Shown here: in pieces, positions 24,511 to 32,491 of the stretch
Position numbering within the stretch: position 1 is the stretch's first letter
How the letters are laid out: every line of letters begins with the position of its first letter
IMG/VR virus record: IMGVR_UViG_3300007987_001205
Location: 1-33,690 of that record
DNA length: 33,690 nucleotides
From: a virus
Lineage: Duplodnaviria; Caudoviricetes
Reading direction: 5' to 3' (one strand)
Translations under genes and position numbers: made by a program
Notes under the pieces: model-generated
The model's input: only the letters and a program-made list of their open reading frames with translations
Told to the model about the DNA's origin: nothing
The model's database searches: none

Positions 24511-24919
24511 AGCCTCGATACTGTTGCTTTAGGTCCAGCGCGCCTCTTGAGAGTTCATTGTCTGGCGTACGAGTATAGACGAAATAATCGTGCACAATAA
24601 ATTCCACAAGGTCTTGTTTCGCTGCTTCGAGCGAGTCGCCATGACCAAATAGTTCCAGATCGGGAATTTCGACAAACCATTCAGCATCACTCCGCTGGAC
24701 GTTCAACTGAAGCGCCTCTCTCAAATATAGACGGCCCTCCGCGCTGGAAATTTCTCCCCAGAGGTGATAAGGCTTTTCAACCGCGATGGGGTGAACATCG
24801 GGCCTGATTTCTCCAATCAAGTCGCGATACTGCAAGGTGCGCGAATCTTCCTGAGGCTCGTTAGCGGAGACCCATTCGAGCGGTGCTTCCGGGGACACCA
24901 AAGTCGCGGTTGGAGACAT
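24482..24919 (-). CDS. HicB-like antitoxin
   Basis: WFVEIPDLELFGHGDSLEAAKQDL motif; acidic; no C-terminal DNA-binding domain evident. Confidence 0.7.
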   Translation of the reverse strand: MSPTATLVSPEAPLEWVSANEPQEDSRTLQYRDLIGEIRPDVHPIAVEKPYHLWGEISSAEGRLYLREALQLNVQRSDAEWFVEIPDLELFGHGDSLEAAKQDLVEFIVHDYFVYTRTPDNELSRGALDLKQQYRGFVEDAVYTA

Positions 24920-25624
24920 TTAGTTCCTCTGTTGGCGCATGACTTTTAGATAGTCGGCCGTTATCAGACTGGAGAAAACGCTCTTCGTGTGCTTATGTGA
25001 TTCGTCTAAATAACCGGCAAGTTGCCTAAACTCAAGTCCGCCTTGTTTAATGTAGTCGAAGTCCAACAAAATAACATCCCCGCCAGTTTTGTCCTGGGCC
25101 TTGGCTAGTTCAACAGCAGTCTTAAGCCGACCTTCTCCCAGACGAGTGGTAATGGTGGACGCAAAATGATCGAGCTTCGCTGGTATTGCCTCCGGCGTCA
25201 AGTAGGCAAAGTTGAGATATTTCTCCAGAGGTACTAGTCCATCCTCTCTGAGGGCAGGGATATGATTAATGTATCGAAGCCCCGTTTGCTTCAGCTGGGT
25301 GAGTTGGCACATTTCGCCAAATTTTTCGAAAACGGCCAATGCCTTTTTCTTAAATTCCTCAAATCGAGCATAGTTATAAGTGTGAAAGGAGACCTTATTA
25401 ATGCAGAAGTGGATGAGTTCCTTCCCATCAGCACTGGTCAAACGGTAAGGAATGAGATCCGGGTGCGAGGGCTCCTTTGAAACCGCAACACCAAGCGTTG
25501 GATAATCCGTTTCGAAAGCCTCTTGAATAAGATGCTTTTGGCTGTCTACCAACAACTTGCCGTCAAACCGAATCTCGAATACAGCCTCGACCAGAGGCGC
25601 ATTCGGCAAATGCTCATCAATCAT
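24920..25624 (-). CDS. TIGR04255-family protein
   Basis: LPNAPLVEAVFEIRF, GLRYINHI, LLDFD; TAA abuts the next ATG. Confidence 0.8.
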   Translation of the reverse strand: MIDEHLPNAPLVEAVFEIRFDGKLLVDSQKHLIQEAFETDYPTLGVAVSKEPSHPDLIPYRLTSADGKELIHFCINKVSFHTYNYARFEEFKKKALAVFEKFGEMCQLTQLKQTGLRYINHIPALREDGLVPLEKYLNFAYLTPEAIPAKLDHFASTITTRLGEGRLKTAVELAKAQDKTGGDVILLDFDYIKQGGLEFRQLAGYLDESHKHTKSVFSSLITADYLKVMRQQRN

Positions 25625-25751
25625 ATAGGGGCCCTCCTGGAGTGTAACAGACGCGCCGCATAACCGCCAGGAGCGGCTTCTTTCTAGGATTTATAGCAAA
25701 ATTCTAAACTCCGTTCATTCTGACCTGCAGCCCCCTTTCACACGCCACCGT

Positions 25752-26786
25752 CTAGTCCGATATAGTGTCGCGGTATACTGCGCTGGATGCGCTCGGCAAC
25801 CTCAACACCGCCTCCCGCAGGCTCGACGGCATGAGGTGGGCGTAAATCTGCGTCGTCTTGGGACTCGAATGCCCGAGCATCCGGCCGATGCGGAAAAGAT
25901 CGACGCCGGCCATGGCGAGATGCGAGGCGAAGCTGTGGCGAAGCGCGTGCAGGCCTCCCTTGGCCACGCCTGACTTCTCGAGAAAGCGCGTGAAGGCCTT
26001 GCTCAGATGCCCGGGGGCCAGCGACGGGAGCAGAACCCTGTCGGTCTCGGCCGCGCCGTTCTTGAGCTCGCGAAGCACCTCCTCCAACGCCGGGTGCAGC
26101 TCGATCTCGCGGGCCTCGTAGTCCTTGGGCGTCCAGCCTTCCTTGGGCGTGATGCGAAGCTGACGCGAGCCGAAGTCTACGTCGCGCCACTGAAGGGCCA
26201 GCATCTCCCCGCGGCGCAGGCCGGCGTAGAAGCCGAGGTGGATGACGGTCCGCCAGAACGGGTCGGCCGCGGCGAGGAGCGTTTGGATCTCCTCGTGGGT
26301 GTAGAAAACGGGGCGCTTCTTGACTTCGGGGAGGCGCTTGACGCCGCGCAGGCTCGCGCAGGTGTAGCCCCACTCCTCGGCCTTATTCACGATGGCCTTT
26401 AGCAGCGAGAGCTCGCGGTTGATCGTCGCGGGCTTTCGGCCGAGCCTTTTTCGCAGGAGCTTGTAGCGCTCCAGGACCTCGGCGCGCAGGTGGGCGAGCT
26501 TCTCCAAGTGAAAGGCGCGGTTAAATTCCTGGAGGATGATCCGGTTGAGCTCCCAGGTCTTGGGCGCGACGCTGGCCTTGGCGTAGGTCATGTACTTCTT
26601 GGTGAAGTCGGCCCAGGAGATGTCCTTGCCGCCCGCTCCGCTTCCGCCCGAGCGCAGGTTCTTGATGATCTCGGCCAGCTTGATGCGGGCCACGTCCTTA
26701 TCGGCCGAGAGCGAGCGCCAGATATGTTTCTTGCCCTCCCACCAGCAGCCGTACCAGCGGCTTCCCCGCTTAAGCAAGGTCGCCAT
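25752..26786 (-). CDS. int: Tyrosine integrase (island)
   Basis: AGLRRGE, K, LHALRHSF, LGH, IYAH. Confidence 0.95.
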   Translation of the reverse strand: MATLLKRGSRWYGCWWEGKKHIWRSLSADKDVARIKLAEIIKNLRSGGSGAGGKDISWADFTKKYMTYAKASVAPKTWELNRIILQEFNRAFHLEKLAHLRAEVLERYKLLRKRLGRKPATINRELSLLKAIVNKAEEWGYTCASLRGVKRLPEVKKRPVFYTHEEIQTLLAAADPFWRTVIHLGFYAGLRRGEMLALQWRDVDFGSRQLRITPKEGWTPKDYEAREIELHPALEEVLRELKNGAAETDRVLLPSLAPGHLSKAFTRFLEKSGVAKGGLHALRHSFASHLAMAGVDLFRIGRMLGHSSPKTTQIYAHLMPSSLREAVLRLPSASSAVYRDTISD

Positions 26787-26789
26787 CGT

Positions 26790-26984
26790 TTAGCTCCATG
26801 CGTCCTCGCGCCCGCGCAGCCAGCGCTCGATCTTGTCCGGGTTAAAACGAATCACCTGGGCCTCAATGTGCAGGGCGGGCAGCTTCCCAGCCCGCACCCA
26901 TTTGCGCACCGTCTTAGGGGCGAGCTTAAGCAGCCGCGCCACCTCGGCCACGGTCAGAAGGTCCCTGCGCCCGGCCGCGCTCAT
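26790..26984 (-). CDS. Excisionase-type HTH protein
   Basis: LLTVAEVARLLKLAPKTVRKWVRAGKLP..IRF. Confidence 0.88.
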   Translation of the reverse strand: MSAAGRRDLLTVAEVARLLKLAPKTVRKWVRAGKLPALHIEAQVIRFNPDKIERWLRGREDAWS

Positions 26985-27433
26985 GACGAGGTACCTTCCT
27001 TCCCGCCGGAAAGCAAGGCCTTTCTCGGCTCGCAGGCTCCGAGCCCGGTTCGAGGGCCGTTTTGCGCCCGTTCAGCGATTCGTTCATACGGGTTCCCCGT
27101 CGAGCGTTTTGAACAAACAAAAAATGTGTGAAACACCGCATGCGCCTTCAAAACGCGGCGCTGCCATGAGTGTGCGGGGTTTGGGGTCGAAAATTTGCGC
27201 TTTTTCCGGCGGGCCCGAAATCCAGAATTGTCGTTGCGAATCAAAAGGAAACCTAATGTGCGATTAGGTCCCCCTGACGAGGTCCCTCGTTCGCCCGTTC
27301 CGAGCCCATGCCACGCCGCGACCGGCCCCGCGACCCTGCTCCGGCAGGGGCAGGGGGGCACATTCAAGGCGGGGGCCGCGCTGGCTGGATTTGAGCTTCT
27401 CTGTTGCTTCTTTTGCCGGGAGCGTTCAGTCAT
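26981..27433 (-). CDS. Putative 150-aa bridging ORF between primase and xis
   Basis: GGAGG plus ATG overlapping the primase end; TGA overlaps the xis ATG; no recognisable domain. Confidence 0.3.
   Translation of the reverse strand: MTERSRQKKQQRSSNPASAAPALNVPPCPCRSRVAGPVAAWHGLGTGERGTSSGGPNRTLGFLLIRNDNSGFRARRKKRKFSTPNPAHSWQRRVLKAHAVFHTFFVCSKRSTGNPYERIAERAQNGPRTGLGACEPRKALLSGGKEGTSS
27105..27176. other. Copy of the prophage inter-terminase element (candidate packaging site)
   Basis: CGTTTTGAA-N16-GAAACA..TTCAAAACGCGGCGCTGCCATGAGTGTGCG, matching 4246-4315. Confidence 0.6.
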
Positions 27434-29954
27434 CGCCCCTCCCGCGGTCGACCGCGTACCACTGACGCACGAGCGACTCGACCGTCTTCTCGGCCTCCTC
27501 GCGCGAGAAGCCGTCCTCATGCTCGAAGGTTCCCGCCTTCTCTTCGAAGATGTCCTTGTAGTACTCGGGCCAATCCTCGATACGCTCGGGAAGCTCGGGA
27601 GGGAAAGACTTGGACCGGCTCGGACCGGGCAGACCGGCTTGTTCCGACCTTTCTCCTTCCGGCTCCTCTTCCTCCTCGAAAAGATCGATTCCAGGTGAAC
27701 TAAAGTGGGCGGAACCCGGTCTTTCCGGTCCATCCCGGTCCGGCGCGTCCTCGGCCCAACCCAGGCCCAGCCAGACGCGCAGCTTCCTGCCGCCCTCGGC
27801 CACTTCCCGCCCCTCGCGGACGGCCAAGGTCTCCGAGAGGCGCTTGTTGAAGGTCTTCTGGCTGACGGGATGGGGCACGCCGATCTCGGCCGCCCAGGCC
27901 TTGTAAGCCTCGTAGGTCTCGGCCTTGGCCAGCGTATGCCCCTGCACCACGCGAAGCCGCTCCTCAATGAACTCGTAGACGTTGTCGCACTGCCGGCGGT
28001 ACTTCTCGGTGGCGGCGCTGACGCTTGAAGATTCGGTAAAGCCCGCCTGGGCTTCCAGGCGTCTTAAGCCCGCCAGCGCGCGATTAAGCCACGCGCTTCT
28101 CGCCTCGGGCGTTACGAGCTTCGCGCTCAGCCCGCGATCGGCCTTCTGGCCTTCAAAGCGATTGGGAAAGGGGATGATCAGCCAGCGGCGGAAAAACCCC
28201 GGCGTCAGGTCGCGGCTCGGCGGCAACTCGTTGGCGCTAAAGAGCAGGCGGCTGTAGGGGCGCAGGTCGAAGGGGTGCTGGAACTTCCGCTCGGCCTTGA
28301 TCATGTCGCCGGTGACGACGGCCTTGAACACGTCGCTTTTCTCAAGCGCCTTGGCCGGCAGGTCGGGGTAGATGTTGGCCAGCTTGCCCAGAAGCTCGGC
28401 CGCGGCGAAGCGGTTGTCGCTCATGTCCTGCAAGGCGACGTGACTGATGTTCTCGTATCCCAAGAGCGCCTCGACGGCGTTTAAGAAAGTGGACTTGCCG
28501 TTGGCCCCCGCACCCAAGAGCATGAAGGCCTTCTGATGGCGCGTGGTCGGGAGCAAGAGATAGCCCAACATCTCCTCGGCCAGGGGCAAAGCGTCTTCCG
28601 GGAAGACCTCGGGCAAGAAGCGCTCGACGACCGGGCAGCGCGCCTCGGGGGAGTAGGCGGCGTGGATGCGGAAGGTGGAAAGATAATTCTTCGAGTGAGG
28701 GCGCAGCTCCCCAGTGCGCCAATTGAGCATCCCGTTTTCGAGGTTGATCAAATCCAAGGCCCGGGGATCGAGCTCGCCTTGCTCCTTCTTGCCGGTTTCC
28801 TTTATGAGCGCGACCGTGGACTCCAGGCGGTCGGGCTTCGAGAGATAATCCAGCTTCTTATGCGCGATCGTCCGGGCGATGCTGGCGCCGTTTTGGAAGA
28901 CGCCCCCTTCGTAGGTGAGAAGCCGCACCCCCTTTCCCGCATCGTCGATCGGGCTCGAAATAAACACGCGCGATCTCATGATCTTGCGGCAAAGTTTGGC
29001 GGGAAGAAAATCCTTCTTGTTGAAAAACTCCGTGGGGTCCTCATCGGCGTCCTCGTCTTTTTCCGGGAGCAGCCCGCCGCTAAGCAGGCTCGCCAGCTTG
29101 TAGAGCGGCTTGGCCCCCGTCACCGCGGACGAGAGCGCTTCCTTAAATCCCTCGGCGTCTTTCTGGTGCAGCTCGTTGGCGTCCTTGGCCCCTTCCAACT
29201 GAACCGCGAAGGCCTCGCCGGTAAAGCCGATCTCGCGCAGGCGCTGGGCCAGCCCTTTGATCAAGGCTTCGCCGCCTTGGTCCGGCTCCTGGATCGCGTA
29301 GACTCGCGCGGCCTGGGCCACATGCTCCGCTTCAAGAACGCCCGTCATGTTCGCGCCCGGAAGCCCCAGCGCAGCGAAACCGTGATACCAGAGCGTCCAG
29401 CAGTCGGACTCGCCTTCGACGAGATAGAGCCGCTCGTCCTTGCCGTAGTCCTTGAGCCGCCACAGGCCGTAGGGAACCGGCCGCCCGCCGGCGCCCATCC
29501 AAATGCTCCCGTCCTTGGCCTTAAGCGCGCGGCGGAGGCGCTGGCGCGGGGCGAGCGCGCCGCCGATCAGCCGGTAGGTGATCTTGACGACGTTGTTTTC
29601 GTAAATGTCGATCAGGTCGTAGACGCCCTGCTCTTTAAGGAACTCCTCGGGCAGCTTCTTGTCGGCCGCGAGTTCGACCAAGGTAAGGGTTTGGGGCTCT
29701 TTCTTCCGGGGAGCGCGCTTTTTCTGCGGGAAGAGATCGCGCATCGCAAGGCCCATCTCCGCTACAACGGTCTTGGTCTCGCAGCCGGCGAAGCACTTGA
29801 TGAGTAGCTTCCCGTCCGTCGCCTGGCTGACCGAGAGGCTGCGCTTCTTGTCCTCGTGGGCCGGGCAGCGCGCAATCCAGCCCTTCTTGTTCTCCTTGAC
29901 CTCTTTGAGGCGGGGCAGGAAGTCGTCTATAGGGTTGGTCTTGTTCATCTTCAT
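27426..29954 (-). CDS. P4-family primase-helicase (Zn finger, TOPRIM, D5/SF3 helicase)
   Basis: CPAHED..KCFAGC, VEGESD, DQGG, GANGKST, FSANELP, RRWLIIPF; start 29954 or 29948. Confidence 0.92.
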   Translation of the reverse strand: MKMNKTNPIDDFLPRLKEVKENKKGWIARCPAHEDKKRSLSVSQATDGKLLIKCFAGCETKTVVAEMGLAMRDLFPQKKRAPRKKEPQTLTLVELAADKKLPEEFLKEQGVYDLIDIYENNVVKITYRLIGGALAPRQRLRRALKAKDGSIWMGAGGRPVPYGLWRLKDYGKDERLYLVEGESDCWTLWYHGFAALGLPGANMTGVLEAEHVAQAARVYAIQEPDQGGEALIKGLAQRLREIGFTGEAFAVQLEGAKDANELHQKDAEGFKEALSSAVTGAKPLYKLASLLSGGLLPEKDEDADEDPTEFFNKKDFLPAKLCRKIMRSRVFISSPIDDAGKGVRLLTYEGGVFQNGASIARTIAHKKLDYLSKPDRLESTVALIKETGKKEQGELDPRALDLINLENGMLNWRTGELRPHSKNYLSTFRIHAAYSPEARCPVVERFLPEVFPEDALPLAEEMLGYLLLPTTRHQKAFMLLGAGANGKSTFLNAVEALLGYENISHVALQDMSDNRFAAAELLGKLANIYPDLPAKALEKSDVFKAVVTGDMIKAERKFQHPFDLRPYSRLLFSANELPPSRDLTPGFFRRWLIIPFPNRFEGQKADRGLSAKLVTPEARSAWLNRALAGLRRLEAQAGFTESSSVSAATEKYRRQCDNVYEFIEERLRVVQGHTLAKAETYEAYKAWAAEIGVPHPVSQKTFNKRLSETLAVREGREVAEGGRKLRVWLGLGWAEDAPDRDGPERPGSAHFSSPGIDLFEEEEEPEGERSEQAGLPGPSRSKSFPPELPERIEDWPEYYKDIFEEKAGTFEHEDGFSREEAEKTVESLVRQWYAVDRGRGDD
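27612..27741. repeat. Mirror-arranged iterons, candidate satellite origin
   Basis: GACCGG at 27613, 27623, 27632 and CCGGTC at 27716, 27725, 27735. Confidence 0.65.
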
Positions 29955-29964
29955 CCGCTCCAAC

Positions 29965-30004
29965 AAAAAAAGCGCCGCCGGCCCCCGCGGGGGCTTGGCA
30001 GCGC
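29965..30004 (-). terminator. Intrinsic terminator/attenuator directly before the primase RBS
   Basis: GC-rich hairpin GCGCTGCCAAGCCCCC..GGGGGCCGGCGGCGC followed by T7 on the minus strand. Confidence 0.7.
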
Positions 30005-30032
30005 TTCGATTCCGCTCGACGGCGCTTACGGC

Positions 30033-30227
30033 TTAACGGCTCGAATTGTCCCGGACTTCGTCCGGCTTGAACGTCTGCGTCAACGTCACGAAAGAGATCT
30101 TCCCGCCTTGAATCTTGAACGTCCCGTCGCCAAAGAACCCGCTGTGGGCGACGCGTCCCAGAAAGTCGGCGAACTCGCCCACGGACAAAAGGCCGCGCTG
30201 CGCATCGGCGACACGGCGCTCCCTCAC
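30033..30227 (-). CDS. Small hypothetical protein (DUF2292-like)
   Basis: FFGDGTFKIQGGKISFV..TFK pattern; GTGA-coupled. Confidence 0.55.
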   Translation of the reverse strand: MRERRVADAQRGLLSVGEFADFLGRVAHSGFFGDGTFKIQGGKISFVTLTQTFKPDEVRDNSSR

Positions 30228-30508
30228 GGCCTGGGCCTCTCGCGGCGCAGGCCATGAATGAGCGACTTTAAATCGACGATGGCGTTCTTGTAGGCCAGCG
30301 GATCAACGCCCGCCCGGTGGCCGTAGAAATCCTGGATGAGGGCCTCGCGCCTGGGCGAGTCCTCGAGCACGAAGAGCACGCGGCTTCCGCCGGCGGGATC
30401 TAAGCGCAGAAGCGGCAGCCCCTCGGCGATCAGGTAGGCGGCCAGGTAGAAATCGGAGAGCGCGTAGGACGCGGGCGCTTCGTCGTCGGTTTTCATGTTC
30501 TTCTTCAT
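30224..30508 (-). CDS. DUF5659-like protein
   Basis: SDFYLAAYL..RVLFVL..VDPLAYKNAIVDLKSLI. Confidence 0.65.
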   Translation of the reverse strand: MKKNMKTDDEAPASYALSDFYLAAYLIAEGLPLLRLDPAGGSRVLFVLEDSPRREALIQDFYGHRAGVDPLAYKNAIVDLKSLIHGLRRERPRP

Positions 30509-30569
30509 CTTCGCTCGGGCCTCGCGCCCGCTTCCACTCTACTTTAACCTGCGCCGCCGCGGGAGTAAA

Positions 30570-30650
30570 TGCACAGGTTAACTTGTTGACAGCGTATCGG
30601 TAGTTTACGTGGCCGCTGGGTCCGGGTCCATGCACTGTTTAAACTGTGCA
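30570..30650. promoter_or_regulatory. Two related 20-bp palindromic operator-like sites
   Basis: TGCACAGGTTAACTTGTTGA (30570-30589) and TGCACTGTTTAAACTGTGCA (30631-30650). Confidence 0.55.
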
Positions 30651-30735
30651 CAGTCCGATCCGCCCTCACTTACTAAAGGGGGATCGAGAGGCCGAGACGG
30701 GGACGGGGATTTGCCGGAGAGGCCGAAGCGCAAGT

Positions 30736-30764
30736 TTTACAGGTCTATTAAATTTGCTTAAATT
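30736..30764 (+). promoter_or_regulatory. Sigma-70-like promoter for a leaderless transcript
   Basis: TTTACA-17-TAAATT, ATG 5 nt downstream, no SD. Confidence 0.6.
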
Positions 30765-30769
30765 GCCTT

Positions 30770-30961
30770 ATGCGCCCACAAGATATTGTTAGTGCCCGAG
30801 ACGCCTGCCAACTCCTGGGAATCAGCCGGCCGACTCTTTACTCCTGGATCGAGCAGGGCAAGCTCAAGCCTTGGGGCAAGGTCGGCGGCAACGAGGCCTG
30901 GATTTTCCTGCGAACGGAAGTTCTTAAAGCACACGGAACCAAGTACCAGAGGATCAAATAG
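30770..30961 (+). CDS. AlpA/excisionase-like HTH regulator
   Basis: VSARDACQLLGISRPTLYSWIEQGKL. Confidence 0.8.
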   Translation: MRPQDIVSARDACQLLGISRPTLYSWIEQGKLKPWGKVGGNEAWIFLRTEVLKAHGTKYQRIK

Positions 30962-31039
30962 CTCCCATGGCCAAGAAAGGAATAATGCTCGCCGTGGAAC
31001 ACGGGATTTGGCGCGGTGAAACCGCGCAGGAGCACCGCC

Positions 31040-32491
31040 ATGTTTGAGCAGACTTTTAAGAACATCGATGACGTTTTGTGGAAGGAAGCAGGCTGCACGA
31101 CGGAGCTCGATTACACCGAACAAACCTCGTGGATACTCTTCCTCAAGTATCTAGACGACCTTGAGCAGGAGCGCGCCACCGAAGCAGAGCTGGTCGGCAA
31201 GAAGTACAGCCACATCATCGACAAGGACTTCCGCTGGGCGAAATGGGCCGCCCCGAAAACGAAGGACGGTTCCTTCGACCACGACAAGGCGCTTACCGGC
31301 GACGACCTCGTCGAGTTCGTCAACAAGAAGCTCTTCCCCTACCTCCAGGGCTTCAAGGAGCGCGCCTCGACCCCCGACACGATCGAGTACAAGATCGGCG
31401 AGATCTTCGGCGAGATCAAAAACAAGTTCCAAAGCGGCTACAGCCTCCGGGACGCGCTCGAACTCATCGATGCGCTGCGCTTTCGCTCCCAAAAGGAGAA
31501 GCACGAGCTCTCGCACCTCTATGAGGCCAAGATCAAGAACATGGGCAACGCCGGCCGCAACGGCGGCGAGTACTACACGCCCAGGCCCTTGATTCGCGCG
31601 ATGATCCAAGTCGTCAAGCCCAAGGTCGGTGAGACGATTTACGACGGGGCCTGCGGGTCCGCCGGATTCCTTTGTGAATCGCACGACTATCTGATGCGGA
31701 GCAAGCTCTCGACGAAGCAGCTCGCTCGGCTTCAGGACAAGACGTTTTACGGCAAGGAGAAGAAGAGTCTCGCCTATGTGATCGCGATCATGAACATGAT
31801 CCTTCACGGCATCGACGCGCCCAATATCATCCACACCAATACGCTCTCGGAGAATTTGGCCGACATCCAGGAGAAGGACCGCTACGACATCATCCTGGCC
31901 AATCCTCCTTTCGGGGGAAAGGAACGCAAGGAGGTTCAGCAGAACTTCCCGATCAAGACGAGCGAGACGGCGTTTTTGTTCCTTCAGCACTTCATCAAGA
32001 TGCTCAAGGCGGGCGGCCGTGCGGCGGTGGTCATCAAGAACACCTTCTTGTCGAACTCGGACAACGCCTCAAAGGCGCTGCGCAAGGAACTCTTGGAATC
32101 CTCCAATCTCCACACGATCCTGGACTGTCCGGGAGGGACATTCCTCGGCGCCGGCGTCAAAACCGTCGTTCTCTTCTTTGAGAAGGGCTCCAAGACCCGG
32201 AAGATCTGGTACTACCAGCTTGAACCCGGTCGGAACCTCGGCAAAACAAACCCGCTAAACGATGATGATCTCTCCGAGTTCGTGAAGCTTCAGGCAAAGT
32301 CCGGCAAATCCAGCTCCTCATGGACGGTCGACGCCAAGGACATTGAGCAGGATAGCTTCGACCTATCGGTCAGGAATCCGAACAAAAAGGAAGATATTGA
32401 GCTCCGCAGCCCGAAGGAGATCATTGCCGAGATTAAGCGACTCGATGAGGAGAGCGCAGAGATTCTCAAGAAGATTGAGGAATTGGTTTGA
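31040..32491 (+). CDS. hsdM: Type I R-M methyltransferase subunit
   Basis: GEYYTPR, DGACGSAGF, NPPF; AGGAG RBS at ATG 31040. Confidence 0.95.
   Translation: MFEQTFKNIDDVLWKEAGCTTELDYTEQTSWILFLKYLDDLEQERATEAELVGKKYSHIIDKDFRWAKWAAPKTKDGSFDHDKALTGDDLVEFVNKKLFPYLQGFKERASTPDTIEYKIGEIFGEIKNKFQSGYSLRDALELIDALRFRSQKEKHELSHLYEAKIKNMGNAGRNGGEYYTPRPLIRAMIQVVKPKVGETIYDGACGSAGFLCESHDYLMRSKLSTKQLARLQDKTFYGKEKKSLAYVIAIMNMILHGIDAPNIIHTNTLSENLADIQEKDRYDIILANPPFGGKERKEVQQNFPIKTSETAFLFLQHFIKMLKAGGRAAVVIKNTFLSNSDNASKALRKELLESSNLHTILDCPGGTFLGAGVKTVVLFFEKGSKTRKIWYYQLEPGRNLGKTNPLNDDDLSEFVKLQAKSGKSSSSWTVDAKDIEQDSFDLSVRNPNKKEDIELRSPKEIIAEIKRLDEESAEILKKIEELV

Noticed and set aside
27085-27113. Partial resemblance to the ECF-like promoter (AAACGC..GGAA CCCGTATG, minus strand)
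   Set aside because: Spacing is 3 nt shorter and both boxes deviate; not supportable.
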